The notes: generated from the letters alone by a model not told the origin. Counted from the stretch's first letter, positions 27,143 through 38,332 are shown. The stretch is DNA of 64,000 nt from a virus (IMGVR_UViG_3300047325_000130:39637-103636); one strand, 5' to 3'. Numbers and translations: made by a program.

Positions 27143-30100
27143 ATGACAGATTTAATTTTCGCTCTTGGGCAAAACCTGAGCGACCCGCTAAGCAACGTAG
27201 TAGTATATCAATCAGATGACGGAGTTAGTTGGACAAATCCAACAACTCCTTTTTCTAGATATCAATCTGCATCTAGCATTTCTTACGGATTAGTTGATTC
27301 TGTACCAACACTTATTACTATAAGTTCGGTTGGAAATGTCGCAGTTAGCACGAATTTTATAAATTGGGAAATAACTACGCAATTGGAAGGTGGGTATTTC
27401 TCACCTCTTTCTATTGATTACGGTAATAGTATATTTGCTACTTGTGGATTTAATAAAAACAATTCATCGTTTAATGAAACTGCAATAATATTTCATAGTG
27501 CAGACGGATCTACTTGGAATAATTCATACACAAATAGTATATCACCCAGCATATTATACAGTATCAAATATATTAACGCAATGTGGGTAGCTGTTGGCCA
27601 AAGTAATAATACTCCGTTGGTAATTTACAGTACAGATGCAGTTAACTGGACGGTTCTTGATGTTCCAGATGAATTTAATGGTTTTATTTTCTACGACGTA
27701 GATTATTTTGATAATTATTATTATTTTAGTTCAAACAGCTACATTGTTAATAACTTAAATTTAAGTTCTACTTGGGGTGCTAGTGCAAAATTAGAAAGTG
27801 ATTACAGCAATACTAATTTTACAAAAATAGGTATTAATTCAAACGGACAAGCAGTTGCAGTTAGTAGTGGTGCAATTTACTCTAGTACCGATTTAACAAC
27901 TTGGAACAAATTTCAATATCCGGGATATGCATTTATAAGTGTTGCATATTTTAATAATAATTGGTTAGTAGGCTCTTATAGTACATTAAATCAATTTACA
28001 TTATTTACAAGTACCAACGGGATTGCTTGGTCCGCAAGTAATAATGGTGTTCAAACTATCGAATTTGTATCAAATTATATACCTGTAACGCCAACACCCC
28101 CTGTTCCGGTATCAAATATAACTATTGTAAGTTCGCCTCCGGCCGTTTCGGTAAACAGCATCTTCGGTGTAACCGGTAACATAAAAAATGTAAGCGATCA
28201 GGTTTTAGTTTTTGTTTCTTCGTCTGACACGTCAAGCTTGTTTATAAGTGACTTGATCGGATTAGATAGTACTCCAGCAATTCCATATAGCAGCGGAAAT
28301 TGGATAGAGCCAAAAGTAACACTATTTGAAGGCTCTGTTGGTCCGGCATATATCGTTGCTATTGATTACACGCAATTTGCTGCAAATGGTGGTACTACAT
28401 TAACCGGAGTTGATTATGCGGTTACTCCGATTAATATCATATCAACCCCTACTCCGTATTTTGTTATTTCTATATATAATACTGCAAACGTAAACCAAAC
28501 ACCATTTTACTATGCGGGGTTTGCTCAAAATTATTTGGTGCAAATGTATAATACTACTTTTGCCCAAACCTCTGCAGGTTTATCAACTACACCGAGTCTT
28601 GAAGGTCTTCTTCAAAATCAAACTTCTGATTCATACACGCCTTTTGCAGTAAACCCACAGGGCATAATATCAGCTACAGTAATTACCACACCCCCAACTG
28701 CCGGAACATATTACGTTGTAGTATGGGTTACTGATAATCCTTTATATTTTAGTGCAAGTGCTGCTTTAGTTGTTACTGAAAATGATTCTGGTGGTAATGC
28801 CTTATCAAGCATTGCTTCGCAATCAAATCCTCCTATGTTCTCTAATTGGGGAGTAAATGAAAAAAATCTAGCAGCAGGACCTTATCCAACAACATTAGCA
28901 GTTGAACCGGCTGCAATTCTGCTACCCGGCGAATCATACCAAAGCGGAAACATGTATATATATCCTGCATTGGCAGAATCTACTGGGCTTGTAGCACCAA
29001 CTGGACCGGTACCTATTGTTAATGCATATTGGACAAATTTTTCACCAACCACAACAGAACCAACGCCTGATAATAGTACGACATATTTGATGGCTACATC
29101 AGATTCTACTAGCCCATTTTTTGCATTTGCATTGCTTGCATTTCCGGACCAATATACGGTTGTTACTTCACACTTTAGTGGTTCAATTCGAACACTTTTC
29201 GCTGATTTACCTGCTCCACCAACTGCCGGAACTTGGTATCTTTCATATTGGTTAAATAATTCTTCCGGTGAAAATATTGCATGGTGTGTATTTGAACCAT
29301 TTAATGTTACCGCCCCTAATGTTTTGTTTATAACATCAACGACCGGCGAATATACGTTACCTTCTGATTTTTCAGGTACAAGTCCGTGGACCATAGAGAT
29401 GATTGGTGCAGGCGGCGGCAGCACATTTTCAATTAATCCTGCCGGTGCTGGTGGCGGCGGCGGCGCCTACTCTAAGATCTCTTCTTCCGACGGATATTCA
29501 TTATCAGCAAATCAAACAATATATGTCAATGTAGGTTTAGCTACTGATAGCTGGGTTAATTTTTCAGCTAACTCTCCGCCAACAGCTCGTTATGAAGGAG
29601 CATTGGCAAAAGCTGGTGCAAACGCAATAGGAACAACAGGCGGTGTCGGCGGACAAGCCTCTGAATCAATTGGTACAATAGTTTATTCGGGCGGCAATGG
29701 CGGCGACTGTACTGATAACTACGGCCTCGGAGGCGGAGGTGGAGGTTCTGCTGGACCAAACGGTAATGGGCAAAATGGCGGCTCTGGCGGTAACACATCA
29801 GGCACTGGCGGCGGTGGCGGCGGAGGAGCAAATGGGGGGTTATCTACTGCAGGTGGGAGCTCAACTAGTTCAACCGGCGGTCTCGGCGGCCTTGGACCAA
29901 CTGGTAGTGGGCCAGCGCAACCAGGTGTAAATGGTACAAATGGCGGCGGCGGCGGCGGCAGTAGCAGTAGTGGTTTTACATATGCCGGTAACGGTGGCTC
30001 ACAAAATGTTTGGGTTCAAACATCTGATGGTTCAATCGCAGGACCAGGGGGAGGGGGAGGCGCCTTTTATATCGGTATATCTAATACGCTTCGCGGTGCA

Positions 30101-30193
30101 GGAGGCAATTACGGTGGCGGATCTGGCGGCGGCGGGTATGCTGACGTAACAATTAATGGTGCACCAGGAATTATTGTCATAACTTATAAATGA
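27143..30193 (+). CDS. Large tail-fibre/virion protein: beta-propeller-like N-terminus and glycine-rich C-terminal domain
   Basis: SxDGxxW Asp-box-like repeats; IGAGGG..GGGGGAY..GIIVITY Gly-rich domain; late promoter. Confidence 0.8.
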   Translation: MTDLIFALGQNLSDPLSNVVVYQSDDGVSWTNPTTPFSRYQSASSISYGLVDSVPTLITISSVGNVAVSTNFINWEITTQLEGGYFSPLSIDYGNSIFATCGFNKNNSSFNETAIIFHSADGSTWNNSYTNSISPSILYSIKYINAMWVAVGQSNNTPLVIYSTDAVNWTVLDVPDEFNGFIFYDVDYFDNYYYFSSNSYIVNNLNLSSTWGASAKLESDYSNTNFTKIGINSNGQAVAVSSGAIYSSTDLTTWNKFQYPGYAFISVAYFNNNWLVGSYSTLNQFTLFTSTNGIAWSASNNGVQTIEFVSNYIPVTPTPPVPVSNITIVSSPPAVSVNSIFGVTGNIKNVSDQVLVFVSSSDTSSLFISDLIGLDSTPAIPYSSGNWIEPKVTLFEGSVGPAYIVAIDYTQFAANGGTTLTGVDYAVTPINIISTPTPYFVISIYNTANVNQTPFYYAGFAQNYLVQMYNTTFAQTSAGLSTTPSLEGLLQNQTSDSYTPFAVNPQGIISATVITTPPTAGTYYVVVWVTDNPLYFSASAALVVTENDSGGNALSSIASQSNPPMFSNWGVNEKNLAAGPYPTTLAVEPAAILLPGESYQSGNMYIYPALAESTGLVAPTGPVPIVNAYWTNFSPTTTEPTPDNSTTYLMATSDSTSPFFAFALLAFPDQYTVVTSHFSGSIRTLFADLPAPPTAGTWYLSYWLNNSSGENIAWCVFEPFNVTAPNVLFITSTTGEYTLPSDFSGTSPWTIEMIGAGGGSTFSINPAGAGGGGGAYSKISSSDGYSLSANQTIYVNVGLATDSWVNFSANSPPTARYEGALAKAGANAIGTTGGVGGQASESIGTIVYSGGNGGDCTDNYGLGGGGGGSAGPNGNGQNGGSGGNTSGTGGGGGGGANGGLSTAGGSSTSSTGGLGGLGPTGSGPAQPGVNGTNGGGGGGSSSSGFTYAGNGGSQNVWVQTSDGSIAGPGGGGGAFYIGISNTLRGAGGNYGGGSGGGGYADVTINGAPGIIVITYK

Positions 30194-30263
30194 AATCATA
30201 ATTTATATAGATTCCTGTCTTACTAGTTGATTAATATTAGTAAAAGAAGATAGGAGTTTATAA

Positions 30264-30536
30264 ATGAGCATTGGTTCACTAGGTCCAGCAGAAAAAGCAA
30301 AAATTCAACATATTATAGATGAAGGCGTTCGCGTTCTTGCAGATATTTCAGTACTTAAGGAAGGTCTTAAGGAAACCGTAGATGCTATTGCAGAAGAACT
30401 TGATATTAAAAAGACTGTGATTTCAAAAGCGATTAGAATGGCACATAAGCTAAGCGAGAACCGTGATAGTCTTACAGAAGGTCGTGAAGAGTTTGAAGAG
30501 ATTGAAGAACTTCTGATGCATGCCGGGAAAGCATAA
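30264..30536 (+). CDS. T4 DsbA-like dsDNA-binding protein
   Basis: 90-aa helical protein (IDEGV..LKEGLKETV.AIAEELDIK..KAIRMAHK) upstream of the polymerase. Confidence 0.5.
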   Translation: MSIGSLGPAEKAKIQHIIDEGVRVLADISVLKEGLKETVDAIAEELDIKKTVISKAIRMAHKLSENRDSLTEGREEFEEIEELLMHAGKA

Positions 30537-30633
30537 TGAGTAGGTTGCAATTAATTCAAACTATTAACCAGGGTAATGAATACGAATACAAAGGTATAAA
30601 ATTAAAAATGCCAACTGAATTATTCAAGATGTA

Positions 30634-30831
30634 TTGGAATATCAAGGAATAAATGTATTCGTTGCATTTCCTAAAATGATTGATTACCTAATAGCTGCAG
30701 GTAAAGTAGTTGTTGGAGACTCAGTAAGAGTTCGAGTAGAAAATCACTGTATTACAAACAAAGATGGAACCGCTTATACAAATAGCGAAGGTGCATCATT
30801 CTCAGTTTCAATGTTTAAGAAAGAGGTATAA
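30634..30831 (+). CDS. Hypothetical protein or fragment
   Basis: Short ORF, start uncertain. Confidence 0.35.
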   Translation: MEYQGINVFVAFPKMIDYLIAAGKVVVGDSVRVRVENHCITNKDGTAYTNSEGASFSVSMFKKEV

Positions 30832-30833
30832 CA

Positions 30834-31085
30834 ATGACAATAATAGCAAGAGTAAGAGTTCAATCTGTGCAAGATAATATGCAGGGTGACAATACAAAGT
30901 GGTCTGAAAATATTAGACTATCAGCAGTCTATTCAAATGACAAAAATTCGCCAAACTATTCTTTCAGTGAGGCAACACCATATGCTGATTTTACTATGAG
31001 CATATCTAATCCGGGTGCATTTGGATTTTTTGTTGAAGGTAAGGAATATGATTTAACTTTCACTCCGGCACCTAATAATTCCTAA
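30834..31085 (+). CDS. Hypothetical protein
   Basis: GAGG SD; NYSFSEATP..ISNPGA..GKEYDLTFTPA. Confidence 0.65.
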   Translation: MTIIARVRVQSVQDNMQGDNTKWSENIRLSAVYSNDKNSPNYSFSEATPYADFTMSISNPGAFGFFVEGKEYDLTFTPAPNNS

Positions 31086-31144
31086 TATTGATTTTATTAA
31101 AATCAATTAATTATAATTTATAGTAATAATAAGAAGGAAAATGA

Positions 31145-34100
31145 ATGTCGTATATAGATGCCATTATAGATAAAGAAAAGAATCAGATTGTTGTTGTTGA
31201 ACGAAGAAATGATGGCAAACGATATTATAAGACATACCCAACTGAATACTTAACGTATTGGCCGAGCGAAAAAGGAAAATTTGAATCAATATTTGGAAAT
31301 AAATTAGAAAAATATAAAACCAATAATTGGAAAGAATTTCAAAAAGAAATTAAATTATTATCTGGTAAGAAATTACACGAATCAGATATTAATCCAATAT
31401 TTAGATGCTTATACGAGAATTATAGATCTCTACCCGCTCCTGATTTAAACATTGGATATTTTGATATAGAAACTGATTTCTCTAAAGATCGGGGGTTTTC
31501 TTCATCAGAAGAAGCTTTTATGCCTATAACTGCAATAACTATTTTTGTAAGTAATCATAATAAAAATTATACATTGGTTGTAGCACCTAAAGGAATAACA
31601 TCTGGTGCAGCACAATCTATTGTAGATAAATTTGAAAATACATTACTTTGCGAAAACGAAAAACAATTACTTGAAACATTCTTAATGTTAATTGAGGATG
31701 TTGATATATTAACTGGCTGGAATTGTCTTGACGAAAATTCTCCAATCTTTTTAGAAGATAGAATTATTAAAATTAAAAATTGTAAATCAAATCAAAAGCT
31801 AATTTCTGGAGAACAAATACTTAAGACGCACAATTCTGGTAAAAAAGAAAAACTTGTGATCGAATTAGATAACGGGTTGATAATTAATTCATCTGAGGAT
31901 CATAAATTTCCAATAATAAGTAAAAAATTTGAAAAATATACAAATTTAAATCAGATGAAAAATAATGGTCAAGTTATGAATTTAAAATCAATCGAAAAGC
32001 ATATCACTGATAATCATGTATATTTTAAATTAGAACTAAAAGGTAACAACAATTTAGACTTAACTTGGGGACAATATATAAAAAATAATTTAAATCTTTT
32101 ATTGGAATATCATTGGTTTGATATAGTTATTACAGAAAAAAACTTAAAAAATAAAATATGGAATTTTTATAAAGATTGTGGTAAATTAGAATCATCTGGT
32201 TTTACCCGGAGTGAGTATAAAAATCAAACTGTACCAAAATTATGGTCCTTTAAAAAGCATAAAGGTATTTTGACAACAGAAGATATAGAATTATTGTTGA
32301 ATCAAGACGTAATGCCGATTTACCTGAATAAAGTAAGAGGTGTTATAAATGTCAATATGAACGAAGTAATTGATAAAACTTATTGGAAATTGCTTGGATT
32401 TATATTTACTGATGGATTTTATTCAAAATATGATAATTGCTTTTCTATTTGTAATAAAAGAGAGGATGTAATTAGTTATTACGCTGAACTATTGAATACT
32501 CAATATAAATTAAAACGTCAAGATAATTGCTACTACGCAAATCGAAATAATGGTATGTTGAAGTTATTATCACCGTTTATCTATACAAATGAATGGAAAA
32601 AAGTTATTAATATAGAACTTTTTAGTAGATGTTCTATTTCTCAATTCTCACAATTTATATCGTCATCAATTGATGGTGATGGTAGTGTAGGAGATTCATC
32701 AGTATCTATATGTGAATTTCAAAATAATTCAGAATCTTTTCAAACACTGTTTTCATGGTTTGGTATATATAGTAATCGTCGCGCCGATAATATATCAGTT
32801 CCTTTTCATGAACATAACAATCAATTTTTAAATATGCTTGAATTATCACATGGCGATAAAAAGGCAAAACTTTTAGAAAGAAGAATGTTTGTAACAGTAG
32901 GCGCTCCAAATAAAAAGTTAAAACAAGTATATGATAAAGTTGAGAAATCTTTTTATATAAGAATTCGTAATATAAAACGAACAGGACTAATGGTTTGTAT
33001 GTTTGATATTATGACTGAATCACAATATTTTATATGTAACGGTGCGAAGGTACATAACAGTACCTCTTATGATGTACCTTATACACATAATAGAATTATT
33101 CAAGTTTTAGGAAAAGAGGAAACTCGCAAACTCTGTCTATTAGGTAAATTCCCAAAGAAAAGAGAATATACCCAATATGGTAAAGAGCAAATAACATATG
33201 ATTTGATAGGTAGAGTTCATATCGATTATCTGGATTTATATAAGAAACACGTAACTCATGAAATGCATAGTTATAGACTTGACTATGTGGGTGAGGTAGA
33301 AGTTGGTGATAGAAAGACTCCTTACGAGGGTACTTTAGATCAATTATATAATAATGATTTCGAAAAGTTTATTGAATATAACAGGCAGGACGTGTTGCTG
33401 CTGGTTAAGATTGATAAAAAATTAAAATTTATTCAACTTGCAAATGAAATTGCACATACCAATACAGTTTTAATACCAACAACAATGGGCGCGGTTGCGC
33501 TTATTGACCAAGCAATTGTTAACTTTGCGTGGAATAAAAATCTACATGTTCCTACAAGAGAACGAGAAACAATTGAAGAAAGAAACATACGACATCTTGA
33601 AGAAGAAGAGTCCGGTGTAGTTGGCATAGTAGGTGCATATGTTGCTGATCCAAAACCCGGATTGCATGATTGGATAGGCGGCGTTGATATTAACAGTCTA
33701 TATCCAAGTACTATTAGAGCGTTGAATATGAGTCCCGAAACTGTAATAGGGCAGATACGTTCAGATTTTACTGATGAATTAATAAAATCTAGAATGTCCT
33801 CTAAAATTTTAATTGACGATGCAAAAGTTAATTTATTTGGTCCAGACACTTATCAGAAATTGTTGATTGATGCACGAACAAGCAAAGAACTGTCATTTGC
33901 AGACGCGTGGCATGAAATGTTTGGTACTCTTGAATATAATTGGATTATGGATCAGACTGATACTGTTCTTACAATAGATTTTGAAGATGGTAGTGAAGTA
34001 CGAGCAACAGCAGCAGAGATATATGAATTAATATTTGATGGCACAAACAAATGGATGTTAAGCGCAAATGGCACGATACTTGATATTTCTAAAGCAGGTT

Positions 34101-35320
34101 TAATCCCAACAGTTTTATCAACTTGGTATGCCGAACGAAAAAGTCTACAGGCCAAAGCAAAGGAATTTGATGCACTTGCATCAGCCGAAACTGATCCAGA
34201 TAAAAAGAAAGAACTATTGGCTCAATATGAGCATTATGATAGATTGCAATATATTAAGAAAATTCTTTTGAATTCTCTATATGGCGCGGTGGGAAATATG
34301 GGGTCGAGGTGGTTCGATGTTCGTATAGCTCAAAGTACAACTCTTAGTGGTAGATGCATTGCTAAGCATATGAATGGTAAAATTAATGATATCTTGACCG
34401 GAGACTATAATCATAAAGGCGCTGCGGTGATTTACTCGGATACAGATTCATCTTATTTCTCAGCCTACAAAGTAATGATGGACGAACCAGAGTTTGCTGA
34501 TTATGAATGGACACCGGAGAACGTTATTAAGTTATATGATAGCATAGGTGATATGACCAACGCATCATTCCCAGAATTTATGAAGCAAGCATTTAATTGT
34601 CCAGAAGAAAACGGTAAGCTTATTAAAGCATCTCGAGAACTTTGTGCAAGCAAAGGATTGTTTATTACCAAGAAACGTTATGCAGTTATGATTTTTGATA
34701 AGGAAGGCAAGAGAAAAGATAAAAACGGCCCCGGCGAAGTTAAAGTTATGGGTATGGATCTTAAAAGAAGTGACACACCCAAACCGGTACAAGAATTCTT
34801 ATTTGAAGTCTTAACTTCGGTTCTTACCGGCGGAACAAAAGAAACTGTTTTACAACAGATAGCTGATTTTAGAATTAAATTTAAAGATTGGCCAAGTTGG
34901 GAAAAAGGTAGTCCAAAGCGTGTTAATAATTTGACTTATTATGGTAATGTGAAAAACAATCAAGAGTCACCTGACGTAAGAAAAAGTTCAGTTAAGAAAA
35001 TGATTCCCGGGCATGTTCTAGCAAGTATTAACTGGAATAACCTAAAGAAAATATATAATGACGCATATAGCGTTCCTATTATGGATGGCGCAAAGGTTAT
35101 TGTTTGCAAGGTAAAGCCTAACCCCGCGGGTATCACAAGTGTAGCTTATCCAACAGATCAACATGTCTTACCAGAGTGGTTTAGAACCTTACCATTTGAT
35201 ACCGATTTAATGGAAACGACTCTGATTGATAAAAAAATTGGAAATTTATTAGATGTATTAAATTGGGATCTAAGTCAAGCCAAAAGTGATTCGAGTTTTT
35301 CAGATTTATTTCAATTTTAA
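31145..35320 (+). CDS. polB: Family B DNA polymerase (intein-containing)
   Basis: ExoI FDIETD, ExoII GWN/STSYD, ExoIII YNRQD; DINSLYPS, KILLNSLYG, YSDTDS, KKRYA. Confidence 0.97.
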   Translation: MSYIDAIIDKEKNQIVVVERRNDGKRYYKTYPTEYLTYWPSEKGKFESIFGNKLEKYKTNNWKEFQKEIKLLSGKKLHESDINPIFRCLYENYRSLPAPDLNIGYFDIETDFSKDRGFSSSEEAFMPITAITIFVSNHNKNYTLVVAPKGITSGAAQSIVDKFENTLLCENEKQLLETFLMLIEDVDILTGWNCLDENSPIFLEDRIIKIKNCKSNQKLISGEQILKTHNSGKKEKLVIELDNGLIINSSEDHKFPIISKKFEKYTNLNQMKNNGQVMNLKSIEKHITDNHVYFKLELKGNNNLDLTWGQYIKNNLNLLLEYHWFDIVITEKNLKNKIWNFYKDCGKLESSGFTRSEYKNQTVPKLWSFKKHKGILTTEDIELLLNQDVMPIYLNKVRGVINVNMNEVIDKTYWKLLGFIFTDGFYSKYDNCFSICNKREDVISYYAELLNTQYKLKRQDNCYYANRNNGMLKLLSPFIYTNEWKKVINIELFSRCSISQFSQFISSSIDGDGSVGDSSVSICEFQNNSESFQTLFSWFGIYSNRRADNISVPFHEHNNQFLNMLELSHGDKKAKLLERRMFVTVGAPNKKLKQVYDKVEKSFYIRIRNIKRTGLMVCMFDIMTESQYFICNGAKVHNSTSYDVPYTHNRIIQVLGKEETRKLCLLGKFPKKREYTQYGKEQITYDLIGRVHIDYLDLYKKHVTHEMHSYRLDYVGEVEVGDRKTPYEGTLDQLYNNDFEKFIEYNRQDVLLLVKIDKKLKFIQLANEIAHTNTVLIPTTMGAVALIDQAIVNFAWNKNLHVPTRERETIEERNIRHLEEEESGVVGIVGAYVADPKPGLHDWIGGVDINSLYPSTIRALNMSPETVIGQIRSDFTDELIKSRMSSKILIDDAKVNLFGPDTYQKLLIDARTSKELSFADAWHEMFGTLEYNWIMDQTDTVLTIDFEDGSEVRATAAEIYELIFDGTNKWMLSANGTILDISKAGLIPTVLSTWYAERKSLQAKAKEFDALASAETDPDKKKELLAQYEHYDRLQYIKKILLNSLYGAVGNMGSRWFDVRIAQSTTLSGRCIAKHMNGKINDILTGDYNHKGAAVIYSDTDSSYFSAYKVMMDEPEFADYEWTPENVIKLYDSIGDMTNASFPEFMKQAFNCPEENGKLIKASRELCASKGLFITKKRYAVMIFDKEGKRKDKNGPGEVKVMGMDLKRSDTPKPVQEFLFEVLTSVLTGGTKETVLQQIADFRIKFKDWPSWEKGSPKRVNNLTYYGNVKNNQESPDVRKSSVKKMIPGHVLASINWNNLKKIYNDAYSVPIMDGAKVIVCKVKPNPAGITSVAYPTDQHVLPEWFRTLPFDTDLMETTLIDKKIGNLLDVLNWDLSQAKSDSSFSDLFQF
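31724..33058 (+). mobile_element. 445-aa intein with LAGLIDADG endonuclease in the PolB ExoII motif
   Basis: Begins CLDENS after GWN, ends KVHN before Ser; SEDHKF block B; LLGFIFTDG and SSIDGDGS motifs. Confidence 0.93.
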
Positions 35321-35404
35321 AATTGATTACCGTAACAGTATATAGACACAATAGAATTAACAGATAGATAAAATTACAAAATAATAAAACGGAGCGTAAT
35401 AATA

Positions 35405-36157
35405 ATGGCAACAATTAAAGATGTAGCACAGGACTTAGTTAAGACTGTGATCAGCACAGGGTTTTTTGAAAAGATTAAAGTAGATGCAAGTACAAACGGT
35501 GTTGTAATCGAAGCAATGGATAACGAAAGAGAAGTAATCCTTAAGGGCAGTTTTAATGCGCCGTTGACAGAATTAACTGGTGCATTTGGTTTAAGTAATC
35601 TTAGTTTGCTAAGTCATATTACAAGTGATCCGGAATTTACTCATAAGGACAGTGATTTGTCTATTGTGTATAAAAAAGATTCTACATCTGGTGATGATGT
35701 TCCAACGGAATTTGCATATACAAACAAGAGTAAGAGTTATATTAACTATCGTTTCATGCCACAACAGTTGGTCCCGGCCCAACCTAAGTTTATTGAACCG
35801 TCTTGGGATGTAGTTATTACTCCGACAAAGAGTAATATTCAGCAGTTTGGCTGGGCAGCAAACGGACTTAGTCAATATGAACAATATTTCATACCTAAGA
35901 TTAAAGATGGCCAATTAAAATTCTTTATTGGTGATGATAACGCTGCAAGCCAACGGGGCGGCGTGGTATTTGCAGCTGATAGAACTGAAAAGTTTGACGG
36001 AGTTCACAAGTGGAAGATTGGCCATATTATGAGCGTTCTTAAGCTAGCTGATAGTACAGATTGTGAGATGGCATTTTCAACAAAGGGTGCAATTCAGATC
36101 ACTGTTAAGAGCGGCGTTGGTGCATATCGTTACATATTCCCAGCAAAGGTGAACTAA
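35405..36157 (+). CDS. Probable sliding clamp/processivity factor
   Basis: 250 aa, directly downstream of polB; alternating beta/alpha pattern ending YRYIFPA. Confidence 0.5.
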   Translation: MATIKDVAQDLVKTVISTGFFEKIKVDASTNGVVIEAMDNEREVILKGSFNAPLTELTGAFGLSNLSLLSHITSDPEFTHKDSDLSIVYKKDSTSGDDVPTEFAYTNKSKSYINYRFMPQQLVPAQPKFIEPSWDVVITPTKSNIQQFGWAANGLSQYEQYFIPKIKDGQLKFFIGDDNAASQRGGVVFAADRTEKFDGVHKWKIGHIMSVLKLADSTDCEMAFSTKGAIQITVKSGVGAYRYIFPAKVN

Positions 36158-36240
36158 AATGCATATTCAAACATGCAATTGCACAGTTTCATTATAAAAC
36201 ATCTGTATACTCTCCCACATCACTACCCTCGTCATCAGCA

Positions 36241-36447
36241 CAGTACTATTATGATAGTTTTTCTTCCGAATGGATTAAAATGTATGCGTTAGCATCTGCA
36301 AAAGAACTTTTAGGACTTGCATATCAAAATAATATTAAATCTGTGGGAGCAGATGTAGCAAAATTATTATTATTATCTGATGCACAAGATATGAAAAAAA
36401 CTTTAGAAAACAAAAATGGAAAATGGAAAGAAAGATGTCTGATATAA
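36241..36447 (+). pseudogene. Fragment resembling the C-terminus of a T4 gp13-like neck protein
   Basis: Start-less frame EWIKMYALASAKELLGLAY. Confidence 0.3.
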
Positions 36448-36842
36448 TGCCTATACACCAATATCAAAGAGAGGCGGATGCAACAAAATCAACAACTTTT
36501 GTTATGCCGGGTCAAGAAAATAACCCAGCTTCGGTTCCTATTGATGTGCTACATGCTATGATAGGTATTGCAACAGAAAGTGGTGAGTTTCTAAATCCTG
36601 CAAAGAAAGCAATGTTTTACGGGTCTCCGATTGATTTTGTGAATCTGGATGAAGAAATTGGCGATCTTATGTGGTATATTGCAATCTATTGTAATTATAG
36701 AAACGTTGATATTGAGAAGATTTGTAAAACCAATAATGAAAAGTTAAAAGCTCGTTTTCCTAATAAGTTTACTGAGTTTCATGCCAATAACAGAGACTTG
36801 AATAAAGAAAGAGGTATATTGGAGTCAGGTAGTCATTCATAA
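36423..36842 (+). CDS. MazG-like nucleotide pyrophosphohydrolase
   Basis: GIATESGE, KK..FYG, DEEIGDLMWY, N..KLKARFP. Confidence 0.85.
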   Translation: MERKMSDIMPIHQYQREADATKSTTFVMPGQENNPASVPIDVLHAMIGIATESGEFLNPAKKAMFYGSPIDFVNLDEEIGDLMWYIAIYCNYRNVDIEKICKTNNEKLKARFPNKFTEFHANNRDLNKERGILESGSHS

Positions 36843-36850
36843 ATAGTTGA

Positions 36851-37084
36851 GTGTATTACTTTTTTGTTAAGCTTTTTGAAACAATTGTTGGATTTTCCAG
36901 GTCCCCGTTATTCTGGATATTCCTTATAAGTGCTGGGGTTTTTTCAGATAATTCAAATATAAATGGTTGGTCAAGCGAGTTAGCATTGCTTTTTGCAGCA
37001 TTTGCTACCTTGCTTTATCATGGCGGAAAGGCTATATTTAAAGAACTTATGAAACAAATTAAAATTCGAAAGAGAAAACCTTGA
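36851..37084 (+). CDS. Hypothetical membrane protein
   Basis: Two hydrophobic segments. Confidence 0.45.
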   Translation: MYYFFVKLFETIVGFSRSPLFWIFLISAGVFSDNSNINGWSSELALLFAAFATLLYHGGKAIFKELMKQIKIRKRKP

Positions 37085-37142
37085 AAGCCAACGTAGTTAG
37101 TGAACTTAACGGTAATCAAATTGACAGCGCGTGTAGAGAAGT

Positions 37143-37958
37143 TTGGTTATGAAAAATTATTATAAGTCTATTTTTATATCGGATATACATTTAGGAACAA
37201 CTGCTTGTAATGCTGATGCACTAAATGCATTTTTGAAAGAAAGTAAAAGCGATAATTTGTTTTTAATCGGCGATATAATTGATATGACTTCGTTAAAGAG
37301 ATCATGGAAATGGCCACAATCGCATAGTGATGTAATTAAGAAAATAATTAATCGTGCTAAAAATGGAACCAACGTCGTTTATATAATTGGTAACCATGAT
37401 TATCCTTTAAGAAACTGGTTGAATCACGGACTTGAGTTTGGAAATATCAAATTCTGTAATGAATACGACTATGTTTCTGTATCAGGAGATAATTGGTTAC
37501 TAACCCACGGAGATTTATTCGACAGTGTAATGTTGCATTCCTGGTTGGTAAGTTTAGGTGATCATTTATATACGATATTGTTAAAAACAAATACAGCGGT
37601 AAATTGGTTTAGATATAAATTTGGTTTAGGATTTTGGAGTTTAAGTAAGTGGGCTAAAGCCAACACTAAACAAGCGCTAAATTTTATTTTAAAATTTGAA
37701 GACCATTTAGCAAAATATGCAAAAGATAATGGATATGTTGGAGTTTTCGCCGGGCATATCCATTCTCCTGTAATGAAAGAATTGCATGGTATTATGTATA
37801 TGAATGATGGCGATTTTTGTGAAACATGCTCTGCGATAGTAGAACGTTTAGATGGTGTGTTTGAATTAAAAATTCTTCATTCAAATGGAAAAATGGAAAC
37901 CGTTACAGAATATAATCCAATTTATAAATCTATAATAAACGTCAAAAACATCGATTGA
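37143..37958 (+). CDS. plcP: PlcP-like metallophosphoesterase (phospholipase C / LpxH-like, COG2908)
   Basis: ISDIHLG, GDIID, WKWPQSH, GNHD, HGDLFD, FWSLSKWAK, GHIH, NDGDFCE. Confidence 0.75.
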   Translation: MVMKNYYKSIFISDIHLGTTACNADALNAFLKESKSDNLFLIGDIIDMTSLKRSWKWPQSHSDVIKKIINRAKNGTNVVYIIGNHDYPLRNWLNHGLEFGNIKFCNEYDYVSVSGDNWLLTHGDLFDSVMLHSWLVSLGDHLYTILLKTNTAVNWFRYKFGLGFWSLSKWAKANTKQALNFILKFEDHLAKYAKDNGYVGVFAGHIHSPVMKELHGIMYMNDGDFCETCSAIVERLDGVFELKILHSNGKMETVTEYNPIYKSIINVKNID

Positions 37959-38009
37959 CTTAACGTTCTTCTTGGTTACAATAGAAATGTTGCAACCATT
38001 GGAGTTTAT

Positions 38010-38270
38010 ATGTCAAAAATTAAGATTGAAACTGGTATTCCGGTAGTAAACGCTCGAGCTTCGGTTAGTTTGTACGGTCCTAGAACCGAACTCACAATTG
38101 CTCTTCATAATCTTCAGAAGTCAGAATCTATTTTTGTTAAGAAGGGTAATCATCTAACGATTAAATCAGAACTACAAAGTGCTCGCAGAACTAAGGAAAA
38201 AGCTAAGTCAAAGACCCGTTTTGTTACACGTTTGGTAGATGGCGGCATTCGAATTTGGCGTACAAAGTAA
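38010..38270 (+). CDS. Small basic putative DNA-binding protein
   Basis: IKIETGIP...FVTRLVDGGIRIWR; promoter and SD. Confidence 0.6.
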   Translation: MSKIKIETGIPVVNARASVSLYGPRTELTIALHNLQKSESIFVKKGNHLTIKSELQSARRTKEKAKSKTRFVTRLVDGGIRIWRTK

Positions 38271-38304
38271 AGTAAGTTCTATAACTTAGAGAATGTCATC
38301 ACAA

Positions 38305-38332
38305 TATAGACCCGAATTAATCCGGGTCTATA
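38305..38332 (+). terminator. Intrinsic terminator
   Basis: tatagacccg-aattaatc-cgggtctata. Confidence 0.65.

Noticed and set aside
29390-30190. GC-rich GGC repeats as foreign DNA or PE-PGRS
   Set aside because: Explained by the glycine-rich domain of the tail-fibre-like protein.
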